64,000 nucleotides of DNA from Paramecium tetraurelia (lineage: Eukaryota), in the NCBI GenBank assembly GCA_000165425.1, contig CT868452.1, forward strand, positions 186,001-250,000. Direction: 5' to 3'. Of this stretch, positions 42,125 through 56,465 are shown piece after piece; the stretch's first letter is position 1; every line of letters begins with the position of its first letter. The translations under genes and the position numbers were made by a program. The notes beneath the pieces were generated by a model that searched no databases, was not told the origin of the DNA, and saw only the letters and a list, made by a program, of their open reading frames with translations.

Positions 42125-43682
42125 ATGAGCAAAATTTCTCAAGAGGCCTTTGAGTATCTTAATAAACTGAGGCAGAATCCTAAATTGGCCATCCCCAAAT
42201 TGCAAGAGCATTTAAAGCTTTTCAAAGGGAATGTCCTCTAGAAACCAGGAGAAATACCACTTCAAACTAATGAAGGTCCTAAAGCTGTCAATGGTAATTT
42301 TTAGGATATATACTAGAGTGCATCTCCTTCTTATAAAATCAGAAGCCACTTAATCCTTTGACTTGGAGTAAAGGATTAGAATGTGCAGCCAGAGATCATG
42401 TTAAGGATACAGGACCAAAAGGAGTCACAGGTCATACAGGCACTGATGGATCATCCATGAGTGACAGAATCGAAAGATATGGAGAATGGGATGTTACTGT
42501 TGGTGAAAACATCAGTTATGGATAAACTACAGGAGAGGATGGTACTAATCCAGTATCATTTTAGTTATCATTCAATTGATTATTGACGATGGTGTTTCAT
42601 CTAGAGGACATAGAAAAAACTGCTTTAAACCAGAATTCGGAGTTGTAGGCATCTACGATGGAGAACATAAATAATACAAAACTTAATGCGTTTTTGATTT
42701 TGCAGGATCCTTCGAAGATAAACCAGGACTTGATGCCAGTGCACCTTCCCAGAATGCCTCATAGCAATAACCAGAACAACAATAAAATAGATAACCAGAT
42801 GCACCTCCTGCCTAGCCTTAAGCCAAAGACCCTGATGATAAAATAACTTAAGATGCCTTCAACTATTTAAATCAAGTCAGATAAAATCCCACTCTCCCTA
42901 TTCCAAAACTATAAAATTTGATGAAACTATTTAAAGGCAGTGTTCTTTATAAACCTGGTGAAATCCCTTTGCAAACCAATGAAGGCACCAAAGTTATATA
43001 AGGTATCTTTTTATATTAGGAATAGAATTAATTGCTTTTTTATAAAAACAACAGCCTCTGCATCCATTAACATATGAAAAAGGATTAGAATAAGCTTGCT
43101 CTGATCATGTTAAGGACACTGGACCTAAAGGTGTTTGTGGTCACACCGGAACTGATGGTTCCTCACTTTCTGACAGAATCGAAAGATATGGAGAATGGAA
43201 TGGCAAAATAGGAGAGAACATAAGTTATGGATAAAAAACAGGAGAAGATGTTATAATCTAGCTATTGATTGATGATGGAGTTGGTTCAAGAGGACATAGA
43301 AAAAATTGTTTTGGTTAAGATTTCAATCTTGTTGGAATTGCTGCAGGTGATCATAAAACTTATTAATCTTCATGTGTTTTTGATTTTGCAACTGAATTCA
43401 CACCACAAGGACAATAACCTAAATAATCAGCGAGTAACTAAGGAAAAACAGTTGTCTTGGGAGGAAAGGGAGGCCACGTAGGAGCTGCTCCTTAATAAGA
43501 AGATGAAGAGGAGGGTATTCTTATTTTATATTCAAGAATAATTGCCTCCTGGATGTGTATCAGTTAGTACATCATCAGCTGTCAGTATGAAAGGTGGACA
43601 AAAAGTTACAAAAATTACAAAGACCTATAAATTCAAGGATGGATCTACCAAGATAGCAGTCCAGACCATCACAGATGGATGA
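42125..43682 (+). CDS. Protein with two tandem CAP/SCP (allergen V5/Tpx-1) domains
   Basis: Two copies of [67 protein letters not shown]. Confidence 0.9.
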
Positions 43683-43758
43683 TATTTTAATAAATCAATT
43701 AATATTCAGTTATTTCTATTATGTTTAATTCCAAATTCAAATTATTATATGCCTAATT

Positions 43759-43769
43759 AAACCCATAAA
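43759..43769 (+). promoter_or_regulatory. Candidate snRNA upstream sequence element (USE/PSE) of U6
   Basis: AAACCCATAAA about 60 nt upstream of the U6 start, resembling the ciliate snRNA USE as I recall it; TATA-like TTTATAAT near -28. Confidence 0.6.
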
Positions 43770-43820
43770 ATTTATTCCTCTTTTGATCTAATTTATAATC
43801 AAATCAATTTCATAATACTT

Positions 43821-43927
43821 GGAACCCTTCGGGGTCATCCGTCAAATTGGAACGTAACAGAGAAGATTAGCATGGCCCCTGCGTAAGGATGACACGCATT
43901 AAGCGAGATGGTAGCTCATTTTTTTTT
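43821..43927 (+). ncRNA. U6: U6 spliceosomal snRNA
   Basis: 5' hairpin with TTCG loop, ACAGAGA box, AGATTAGCATGGCCCCTGCGTAAGGATGACACGCA core, oligo-T Pol III terminator. Confidence 0.97.
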
Positions 43928-44022
43928 GATTTTTTATAATGCTTCTTCATTTAAATTTGTTATTAGCATAATATTAATATTCAACCACTTTCTAGTTAAA
44001 TCAATTTTATTTCTTATTTACT

Positions 44023-45012
44023 ATGATGAATAATACCCATACATCTTTATCAATCTCTAGAAACCCTCCTTACTAATTCAATGAGGGTCCAATAAATGTA
44101 TTTTAAACATATTCTGAGAATGTCTTTTTTTCCCCTGATGGAAATTATGCAGCTGAGAAGATTGATGAAAATTCAATAGAATATATAAGAATCTTTAATC
44201 TTAAACTTTAAAATCCTATTTTTTGTAAACCTATTCAAAATTTAGGATTTCCAAGGATCAATTATAGAATCCTATTTACTTAAGACAACAAGTTTTTCAT
44301 TCTTATTAGATCATATTAACTGAAAAGTTACTATTTGATTTAGAATATAATGGACAATGATGATTGTAGAGAATTTTACTTTGATTCCTGTCAATTTATT
44401 CAAATTTGGAATAATAACCTTAATTTCTATTTAATTTTAAACCATTAATTAAACAAATGCTTGTAGCTGTATTATATCGATTAACATATGAATATAAATT
44501 TAGTTTTATAATAGCCATAATGGGTTAATCTTTAAAAAATAATTTAAAAGGACACTTTAACATAGCATAGTCCTTGTCTTTTGCTCGTAAATACTGAGCA
44601 AATAAAATTATATAGTAAATTTACTTTAAAAGGTCTTAGCTCAATATTTGTTAAAGAAATAAATCATATCAAAGTATATGCTTCCAAAATTTTGATTTTA
44701 AAGCCAAGTTATGATTCTTTATAGACCCATTTTTATTAATTAACTTGTAGGAAGTTAATTCGAAAATTAAATACAATTGATTATAGGAACTCAATATATT
44801 AAGACAAATTGCTATATTTGTCAAATCTGAATTTAATTTATATTTATAATATCGAAAATGGAAAATTAGTAGTTTAATTGAATATATCTGAAAATATAGA
44901 AAATATTGGAATTTTGGGAGAATATTTAGTTTATAAAAATAGTTTAATATATAAAGGATGGAAAAAGAGGGAGTAGTAAATTAAATAAGACTGTTTAAAA
45001 AGTTAAGAATGA
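44023..45012 (+). CDS. Intronless hypothetical protein, possibly a divergent beta-propeller
   Basis: About 330-codon TGA-free frame; FFSPDGNY, IRIFNL, IYIYNIENGKLV blade-like motifs. Confidence 0.6.
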
Positions 45013-45206
45013 GGAAACAGGATTTGTGTATAATGGAAAAGGTAAATGATAGAGATTATGTTAGCTATTTATTTTAATTTTGTATTATATGTTTTATATG
45101 AATTCTAATCAATTATTAATGGCCAATCATTAAATATATAATAAGTACTGCAACTATCCTAATTCAAAAAGAAAAAATTGATTAATAAAAATGTAAAAAA
45201 ATAGAA

Positions 45207-45710
45207 ATGGAACAACTTCCCAAAGGTATATTTTTAAAATAAATTAGCTACTGTTTAACAATTTATAAAGACTTCCACAAACGGAGACATGAAGTGCTCT
45301 AATGAATTTGTGACTCAGGTGATGTCAATGGCTAGAGAATATATCTAACTAGTTTCCGATTAAGCAAATACAATTTGTTTAGAGTAGGGAAAAAAGACCA
45401 TCTCGGGGGAATTTTTCTATAAGGCTATTTAAAAGCTAAAGTTAGACAGTTAAATACCTCATCTTAAAGAAATAGAAGAAGAAATTAAAGAAGAAGTGAA
45501 TGTATATATGAATTTTATTGTAAGGTGAAAAATCAAAATAGAGCGAGGTTTCAGGATGAGGAGCACTTGAAATAGTTAGAAGAATAATAGAAATAATTAT
45601 ACGAAAAGGCAAAATTAGAGAATAGTAAGAGTATGATAGATGATGAAGAACATGGCAAATCAAGGAAATTAAATATTTAGTTTGAACAGGATGATGAAGA
45701 TTAATAATGA
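45207..45710 (+). CDS. Histone-fold negative cofactor 2 beta (DR1/NC2beta)-like protein
   Basis: LPKATVQQFIK...ANTICLEQGKKTISGE..KAIQKL, followed by EEQQKQLYEKAK helix and acidic tail. Confidence 0.75.
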
Positions 45711-45750
45711 AATTAATCATTAAAATAATAGTATAGTTCTTATAATTCAC

Positions 45751-46554
45751 TCATATGACTTTATTAAAAAAAGTGCTTTATGCTTTTGAAGAAAGAACAT
45801 CTTCATTCATTTCTTATATTTCTATCATTAAATGACATATTTACCACTCATATTTAACGCGATTTCATAATCAGTAACCCATTTTTGTGAGTTATCGAAG
45901 TAATGGCAATTGCCAAATTCTAAAAATTTAGGTTATTGCTTAATCAGTTGTTAAGTATATTCTGAATGATATTTTGGAATCTATTTTTAAAAGCATTAAA
46001 ATGAGTATTTCTTATAAGTCTATTCTTTCTTTGCTTAGTTTTGTTTTGTTTATTATTATCCAACTTTTGATTTTGTTTTGTTTTCATTTAATTTGCATTA
46101 ACCTTACTATATTTTTCTATTATTTTGAGAGTGAATGTAATTTTTTTCAGTTTATACTTGTTCTCGATTGCAATCTCTATTTTGTTGATTATCTGATTTG
46201 TTTTTTTATAACTATTCTTCGAACTTGGATTTATGAGTCAAATGTTATCGTTATAATGACTATAAAGGGATGGGTTACTTAAATAAAATTCGAATGTACA
46301 ATAAATTAGGATATGTTTTTTCTATTTAAAGTAATACTTCTTCCTCGGAAGGATTTGAAGTTTTATGAGGAATTCGAGTCTGGGGAAATCTTTTTAGGAT
46401 GCTAATGAAATGAGAGATTATTTCTCCTTTAGGGAGCAGGGGATAATAATAGAAAGGGCAATTTCATAGGTTTGGAACTTTATGTTGAGGATTGTAAGTT
46501 GATGGTTGGTAAATCTGTATCTGTCTTAAGAGTACTTATTTTTTTAAGCTTCAT
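45751..46554 (-). CDS. Low-complexity hypothetical protein
   Basis: MKLKKISTLKTDTDLPTINL; frame maintained across two tiny introns to TGA at 45751. Confidence 0.6.
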
Positions 46555-46692
46555 AGTCTCTTTAGATAAATTTGTTTTAAATAGACTTTATAGATATTAT
46601 TATAGTGATATTATTTTGAATTTCAAGAGCATTTATTAGATTTTATATATAGGTTCTGATAAAAACAATAATGAAAATACATAACCAAAACA

Positions 46693-47233
46693 TCACTCAT
46701 CTTTAGCCTTATCTAATACATGAATTGGAGCTATGCTTATAGGAGCATTGAATACCTAGAATTTAAGTTTTATTGGTTTCCACAACTTGACCATTCATCA
46801 CCATTTCTTCTAAAATATAGTGAGCTTTTTCAATGTTAAACATTATCTAAATAGAATGAGATGATAAAGAATACATCTAATTCGCATACATTTTCAAAAT
46901 ACTTGTCAAGAGTTTCAACCAAATTGTGAATAAACTCTAAATAAGCCATTTCATTCTTCATGATAATTATATAGAATTACTTCTTCTTCTAGATCCATTC
47001 CAATTATGAAATAAAGAGAGGCATATCTTCTGTAAATGATCTAGAGAATGATATTGATAAATGACCTTATATCCTCTGTGTTCAAGAAAACTACATTGGG
47101 TTTCACTTCTAGATAGACATTTTCGAATCAATTCTCCTTCAAGGGTCATCCTTTCTTTGACACTAAGAAATTAAAAATATTGTGCTAGTCTTGTCTGCCC
47201 TTATTTGTTAACCATAAGTATGAAATTGATCAT
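46693..47233 (-). CDS. AP4S1: Adaptor complex AP-4 sigma subunit
   Basis: [19 protein letters not shown]...[49 protein letters not shown]. Confidence 0.9.
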
Positions 47234-47255
47234 TCTTATAAAAAATATTAATTAT

Positions 47256-48370
<1,115 letters not shown>

Positions 48371-48542
48371 TTATTATTATATATAAATATTTATTCTAAA
48401 TTCCTAACAATTAGTTAAATACTCGTAAATTTATATTAGAAACCAATAGTTTGAGTATGCTTCTTAAGCATAATGAAAGGGACATAGAAATGAATTAAAA
48501 AAACCGAATAAATGTTTTGAATAACTTGATTAGTTATATTAA

Positions 48543-49626
48543 TCATCTTCCAGACCATGAGGCAACTTATTTCTTGAACATGATGATAACTTATTCTAAG
48601 ATGGCATTTTCTTCATCTCTCTTAGCTTTAGCTTGAGCATAGTCAGCTCTTTTGGATTCTAAATCTGATTAAGCTTAGTCAAGGGCATCTTGGGACTCTT
48701 GTAAGATGATCTTGGATTTGGCTTATTAAGCTAAGGCTGCTTAGATTTACTAGGGATGATGAAAATAAATACAGTAGCTAATCTATCAGCAAAGACTTAT
48801 TTTCTTTCGTATTCAACTTTGAGGGTAGCGATTTCAGCTTCACTCAATGAAACCCAGCCGGCCAATTCCCATGAGGCATTGATTTCATTGACTTCAAGAG
48901 CTTCAAGGGAAGCTTGGAGGTTGGCTTCAAGTGATTCAAGGACTGCAAGGACTTTTTCTGCAAGTGTAGCACCTCTGCTGACTCCATCTTCTTATTTGGT
49001 TTAAGCCAAACTCAAGAAGGTTTTGATTTCTTCGTCGTTGAATAGATTGCTGTAAGCCTTGAGTTTTTGAGCAACACTGGTGCTTTTTTCTTGGACTAAT
49101 TCAAATGAATCTCCGTTAATGATGTAACCAGCAACATCTTATTTGAGAACTCTGACAACTTCAAGAGCTTCTCTGTTTTGTTTGATTGATCTGACGAAGA
49201 GTTGATTACTAAGACATTGTTCATCAAGGAGGACATTGATTTTTCTGGTGATTTCATCTTATCTTTATTCATTCCAAGCAAGATAATTCTTGGTGTCTTG
49301 GAGTTCTTATTCGAAAAGGACTCTATTTTCAACTGATTATTAGAAAAGCTTTTAGTTGAGTGTCTTGATCTTAGTGAATTACTCGATTGTTCTATGATTA
49401 AGGAAGATAATTACTATGCTCCAACCCATTCGTCTGTTTCATTCTTTTAGTCGGCAGCAAATTAGGCATCTTTGTTGGATTGGATTAGATCATTCAATAA
49501 ACCAAAGACAGTGTCAATGGCATCCATGGCTTTTGTACCAGTTTGGAGTAGAGCCATGATTTAATCATGAGTGGATGTTGCAGAGGCAATGCTTACCAAC
49601 AAGAGAATTGCAAGAGTGGTTTTCAT
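48543..49626 (-). CDS. Trichocyst matrix protein (dense-core granule lattice protein) precursor
   Basis: Signal MKTTLAILLLVSIASA then LLQTGTKAMDAIDTVFGLLNDL; acidic helical coiled-coil body; higher GC suggesting high expression. Confidence 0.75.
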
Positions 49627-49690
49627 TTATTAATATTTATTGTGTTTGCCATATGATTATCAATTTATTTAATTCTCAAAAACGGGTAAA

Positions 49691-51744
49691 ATGGATGATG
49701 AGGGATTCGAATCTGCTTTTATTGAAACCTTAATAACTTAATAAGATAAGTAACCTACATTCATATTCACTTCCCTTCCCACTCCCAATCCCATCGTGTA
49801 CTAATCAGACTATCGAGGAGTGCCAAACGACATAAAAGATATCGAAAAAACATATAAATGTGTTTATAAGAAATAATATGGATCAAAAGTGAGTAATCGA
49901 CATTTTAAATAATTAAATCTCAATGACTTACAAACGCCTACAATCACTCAAACTCAACAGATGCCCCTATTTGATTCCAATTTCGCCTGTGGAAATCTGG
50001 CTGCAGTTCATTAAGTCGATACATTTGAATATGATTTACTTCTCCAAGAAGACATCAACACTACCAGCTATTCTCAATGGTTTTACTTCCGAGTAACCAA
50101 TCCCAACGACTATAAATATAGAATAAACATCATTAATTTGGTAACTTATATATATTAAAACAACAGAGCAAGAATTATTTACAGTACCAAAATGGTTTCG
50201 GAGTCTATATTAAATGCGATTCTCATTGGGAAATACTGAAATCCCAAGTATTGATCAAACAATCCTAATATGTCAAATCCAATTTCTGTTATACCACTTC
50301 TACTAAGTTATATACGCTATCCTTCTGGATAAAAAAGTCATCAAAGACCTTTGAGATAGCTCTTGGCATCCCTTACACTCACCTTGATTTGGATAGATAC
50401 TTGCTCAGGTTTTAATCAGAAATCCTAACGAATACTATTTCTGGATTGCCTGTAAGAATGGTGTAATTTGGATCTAAAAGAAGTGATGTTATTTTAGTAA
50501 TTGCACGTTAGCATCCTGGAGAGACTGTTTCTTCTCATGTTTGTTAAGGCTTTCTTGACGCACTTTCAAATGACAAAACACTCCAACTATTTTATAATAT
50601 TATCGTTATTCCCATGGTTAATCCAGATGGCGTCAAATGGGGTAACTTTAGATGCGATTTAAGTGGGAAAGATTTGAATAGAGTCTGGTAAAACCCTAGA
50701 TCTAGATTTCATTAATAAATTATTCACATCAGAAATCTCATCTAGAAAATATTGGATGAAGGCAGAGATATCAAAACATTTATTGATTTGCATGGTCATT
50801 CTAGAAAACTTGGTACTTTTATGTATGCATGCAGAAACACTGATGATCCTATCGAATGTCGAGTTCTCCCCATGATCATGGCTGAAAATTCTCGATATTT
50901 CGATTTCAATTCATGTACCTTTAATTTGAAATCCTACAAACTGAAAACTGCAAGAGCTTTTGTTTATAATTAAATGTAAAAGCATAATCCTAACAGTTTT
51001 CATAATATTGTTACTCTTGAAACATCTTTTTTTGGTTATAAATCAGACAACAAATTTATCTAATATTCTTAATCTGATTTAACACAGATTGGAAAGGATT
51101 TGCATCAATCTTTAAAAGTTTACTATATGTAATTGGATTAAAAAACCAAGATATTGAAAGAACTTGAATTAAAGAAATAGTATTATCAATAACTAGATGA
51201 GAATTAAGCCTCAGATGATAGTGACTCAGAGGCAGAAATAGGAATAGTTCAAGATGAAGAGGTTCCACCATAAACAATATTTGCTAACAAATCCGTCAGA
51301 TTGCTTCAAGATACGCCTAAGACTAGTTTGTTGAAAAAGAGAAATTTAAAAAAAGCCGTCGATCCATTTTTGGTTGGGTAATGTGAAAAGAAATACAACT
51401 TTCACAAATTGACTAGACGGGAAAGCAAATCTTAAAAGACCATAAATCAAACTCTTTCTATTTAATAAGCTTAATCCCCAAGTCTAAAAAATTTAAACAA
51501 AATCAGCAGAAACCTATCATCGCATAATAAAGATCATATTCATATGCATTCAAGCAATGTTGATCAAAATGAAAATATTTAATCGTTTAGGATATAACGA
51601 TAAAACACAACAAGAACACCCAAAGAGTTCAAACTGAAATCTGAATAAAGAGTGCAATTTCATAGTCCCAATGATAAACTCATAGTTTTCGAATCAAATT
51701 TGAAAATAAAAAGAAAGAATACCTAAAATATCAAATTATTTTGA
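49691..51744 (+). CDS. Cytosolic carboxypeptidase (M14D, CCP/AGBL tubulin deglutamylase family)
   Basis: [54 protein letters not shown]. Confidence 0.9.
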
Positions 51745-51853
51745 ATATATATAATAATTTTCTAAACATTGTTCATCAAAATACAAATGATTAACAAAAA
51801 TAACAAAAATATTACTAGTTTAAATTTATTTTATTTAATTATTATTATATTAT

Positions 51854-53605
51854 ATGGATTCAAATTCTCCGATATCTGTATTCTTCTATAATAATCATTA
51901 GGCAAGTGTCATTTCCTATAGAAATGATCCAAATGATGATACTATCTACTATATGGTGCAAGTAAAAAATAAAACAAGTGATATTTGGTAATTAGAAAAA
52001 AGGTAAAACATTTAATCTAAACTAGATTTTCATAATTTGAAGACTTAGCCAAAAAATTAAAAGTTCTCTTTGGTGAACAATTGCCTACACTTCCAAAAAA
52101 GAAATATATTACATTTTTAGTAGGTAAAACGCCTGAAGATATTGAAAAAAGAAAGGTAGGTTTAGATGAATTCATTCAAGTAAGAATACTATTGATAAAA
52201 TGAGAATTTAGCAAGCAGACCAGAAGTAGTTGCATCAGAACCGTTAAAGTAATTCTTAGAAATAGAAAAAAATGCAAAGGACATCATAGTGAGTCCTCCA
52301 AAACAGATATTCGAGTTCAAAGGATTCTTGCATGGAATAAGAGATTTCACAATCAGTTCAGAATAAGGATTGATGTTTGTCATCACATCAGATTGCTCAG
52401 TAATCAATAGATTGGATGCCTATCTCACAAACATGAAAGCTCCATGGGAATCTGAAAAGGGAGATCAAGCACTTATACCAGTAGGATGCGTCGAATGTTG
52501 GTTATAATAAGAGAGTGGAGAATTTTAAAGATTATGGGTTAAGATGTACAATTCTTAAGCCATTACCTGTTATTGGGATCCAGTAGCTTCTGTATTGCTT
52601 GTGGGATTAGATAGCGGATCAATTAATTATTTGTATGTACCAGAGAAGGAAGGGTTTAAGAAATTCACTGAGAGTATGGAAATTGAGTAACATACAGACA
52701 GAGTAATGGGATTGTATTATGATAATAAAAGGAAGTATTTGCATTCCATCTCCAAAGATAGAAAATATAGAGTATTGAATCTTAGAAAAGGGGATTTAGT
52801 AGCAGGTTATATTCAATGCTAATTATATTTTAGATATCGAGCCTGATCAATATGAATTGACATGTCTTTTAGGGAGCGAAGAGAGAAAAAAGACTTTTGT
52901 AGGAGATAGACATGGAGAAATATTTATTTATGATATTGAGAAAGTATATATTGATATCAATATATTTAGAAACGACCTAAATTGGTTATTAAAATCCCAA
53001 CCAATCAATTGTTTATTAGAGGATTTTTCATAGATAATCAAAGGAATTACCTATTTTCAATTAGTCATGAAAATGGAGTCATTTTAATTATAGATATATA
53101 ATTACCTGGAAGAGAATAATATTCTAAAGAAGTGGCTTCATTGAATGGGAAGTCAAAAAGCAGAGAAATAGGATGGTCATCAAAAAGAGGTGAAATCTAT
53201 GTTGGCAATATTGATGGCACTGTTACCATCTGGGATGCTCGAAAATCACAATAATTATGTAATATCGTTAATGATTATTTAGATGTACTTAAAGCTCATG
53301 ATTCTGATATTACAAAATTGCAATGGCTAGATGCTGATTAAACTCTTTTGACAGCTGCTAAGGACAAAGTTATCAAGGTTTGGTCTATGCCTTAGCATTG
53401 GAGAGATCCGAAAATTGTAGAAAAAGAATTAGAATAGGATTAATAATAAGCTAAACAATAAAATGTTGAACAATTCTAAAAGAAAGCATAAAAACAATTT
53501 GAACAAAATTTCTAGGATGATGATGAAGATGATATGGCCGTTTGGCATAAAGATTAAAAAAGGCATTCAGACACTAAGTATGAAGATATTGTAGAATTAA
53601 AATGA
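51854..53605 (+). CDS. PX domain + WD40 repeat protein
   Basis: PX: YYMVQV..WQLEKRFSQFEDL..LPTLPKKK..IEKRKVGLDEF; WD40: LLVGLDSGSI, HTDRVMGL, VGNIDGTVTIWD, AHDSDITKLQW..LTAAKDKVIKVW. Confidence 0.85.
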
Positions 53606-54362
53606 GTATTATTTAAGTTTATTGCTCTCCATATAATATACATAAATTCTAATTTAACTATTTATTCCATTGAGAATAAAGATAACATTCCTATCTTTTA
53701 TATTATTATTAATTTTTTTTTATATTTAACTGAGTCTCCAATGAAAAAACTTAAAGATCTTAAATTTATAATCGAATCTCTATATCTTAAATATTTTAGA
53801 TTGATTATATAGTTATGCTTTATATGGTTATATTGTCAAAATAGTATCTTTCTTTTGCTATTAAATTGTATTTAAAGGCTTATTCATTATTTTTGTTTGG
53901 CAATTTGATTCACCTTAGAATTTAATGCCAAATTTGTTGATCATATAATTGCATTATTCAAATATAATAATTGAAAAATAAATGATTATTAAATTAAACA
54001 ACTTTTTAGTATGGTTTTCATTTACTAACTTGACTTAATTCAGTATTTTATCTATATAACTTAACTTTTTTATTGATAAATATAAAGAAAAGAAACTAGA
54101 CATTTTAATTATTTATCTTATAATTTTAAACAGTTGGATTATATTTTAATTTTTTAATAATTAATACTTTGATAATGCTATAAATTTTGTAAACATCATT
54201 TAAAGTGGCTATAACATATTTATTAGCAAATAATTTTATTTATTTGAATTTAAGTGTGTTGAATAAATTGATTTATGATTTTCATAAGATGTAATCAAAA
54301 TTGATTGAAATGACACTATATTATTGGATTAACAATTATTATAATATTAATAATTAATAATA

Positions 54363-56415
54363 ATGCTGTTAAAAAAAAAAAGAGAATTCGAAAATCAGAA
54401 AGGGAAGGAGAATATTTTAGTTTAAAGCTCGTCTAATAAAAAGGGAGAATTTTAAGTAAAGCAAAAACTTCTGTTACCAAAAGTTCTACTTTATAAATTA
54501 TTCCTTTTTTTAACTCCAAAAGAGATTAATAAAGTTATCAGAACACTCAACCATCAATATTTGTAATTAATAAGTCAACAATTCTGGAATGTAAGATTTT
54601 AATTGAGATTTTAGTATTATAACAGATACAATCCTTTGTAATTCGACGACCTATATTAAAAGTTCAAATTTCTCTAAGAAAGAAGATCGAAAGGCAAATT
54701 ATATCAAGTCTGTAATAGATTGACTGGTTAACAATTTGTGCTTCGAGAACTTGACACAATTAAGGCAAACGCAAATCATAATGATGGAGTGTAGACATCA
54801 GTTCTAAGAGAGATTTCGTATCTGAAATCATTAAAATCTCATCTTAACATAGCTTCAATTGTTTAGGTTAAAATCACCAATCATATTGTATCAATCTTAT
54901 ATGAATATTACCCTTTGAATTTAAGAGATTAATTGAAATAGACAGAGTTATCAATTGAATAGATTAAGTCTCTATTTTTGCAAATATGTTAAGGTGTTGA
55001 ATATTTACATTAGAACCATATATTACATCGGAATTTGAAACCGGATAATATTTTCATAAATAATAAAGTAGTTAAAATTTCAGATTTTGGGATGTCTAGA
55101 TTAGAAACCTATCCCATAATTCCATATACACCAGAGGATCCAAAAGAGAGAGAAAGATCGAATAGAGAGGTCAAAAGATTGTGGTATAGAGCTCCAGAAA
55201 TGCTATTTAGAAAATAGTATTACAGTTGTGAAATTGATAGTTGGTCATTGGGATGTATTTTAGCAGAATTGGCGTTAAGGAGTCCATTATTTGGTGGCAA
55301 AACAGAAATCGAATATTTGTTTGAGGTGTTTCAATTTTTGGGATCACCTGATGAAAATGACTGGAATTCCATATCAAGTGATGTTAAAATTAAATTCCCT
55401 TAGTGGAGAAAGTATAGTTTATAGATTAATGAACTAAAGAAAAATGAAATAATAGACATAGTTTAGAATAGAAAGTAGATCTACGAAAAATTGATAACTC
55501 TTAATAAAATTTTAGGTAATGATGGTATTGATTTATTATAAAAACTATTATGTATTAAACCAGAAACCCGATTAGATATCATTGAGATTGTGTAGCATCC
55601 TTTTTTAAATGCTTTTAGTCAAAATACATAGATGTATTATATAGAACCGAAGTTCAAGGAGTATTTGGAATTCCAAACAGAAATCAATCAAACTATGCGG
55701 AGTACTTTAATTGATTGGTTGATTGATGTCTGCATCCATTTTGAATTGATGGATGAGACATTGCATCTGTCAATCATTTACATTGATTTAGTTCTATCAA
55801 CAATGAAAATTAACAGGAAGGATTTATAATTGATTGGAGTTACTTCATTAAAATTAGCTGAGTAATATATTTCATTAAATCTATAGTGTTTATAATGAAA
55901 GGTCTAAGGAATATTTCAAATAAGAGAATTGTAATGCTTATGCTTATATTACTGCAGATGAATACAATGAAAAACAAATAATTGATATGGAATAGCAAAT
56001 TCTCTCAATTTTAGATTATAACTTAACTTACAGAACTCCAATTTAATTCTTAAAAATTATAAATTCAAAATTGAAAGTTTCAAATGACTCATAAATGTTA
56101 TCTTACTTTTTCTGTGACTTTTTTATTATGGGATATGAATAATTAATTATTGAAAGATAACTATATGCAATTTGTTGCTTATTGTTGGCTTTGAATATTA
56201 AGAATGAAAAGATAAATTCATCTTAGCAATTTCAATTTACTGAAAAAGATGTAATAGAAGCTTTTGATAGATTTTACAATGTGTGGTAATTTATTAAGTT
56301 ATAACCACAAATTAACTCGCTAGAAGCTTGTATGCAGAGACATAAACATTTGAATCCAAGAGACATATAGTTAAACATCCCACCTTCAGAGTTTATAACT
56401 TAATTTTTAGGATGA
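54363..56415 (+). CDS. F-box-like + CDK-like pseudokinase + cyclin fusion protein
   Basis: One frame with two tiny introns: LLPKVLLYKLFLFLTPKEI..RTLNHQY; GVQTSVLREISYLKSL, HRNLKPDN, DFG, LWYRAPE; MRSTLIDWLIDV..ETLHLSIIYID..LQLIGVTSL. Confidence 0.88.
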
Positions 56416-56465
56416 TAATTCTGTTATATATATATATATATATAATGCTGCTCATAATTGTTCCT

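Noticed and set aside
56425..56445. (TA)n runs here and near 12405, 35580 and 41581
   Set aside because: Short microsatellites near gene ends in AT-rich DNA; no telomeric repeats, terminal inverted repeats or transposase seen
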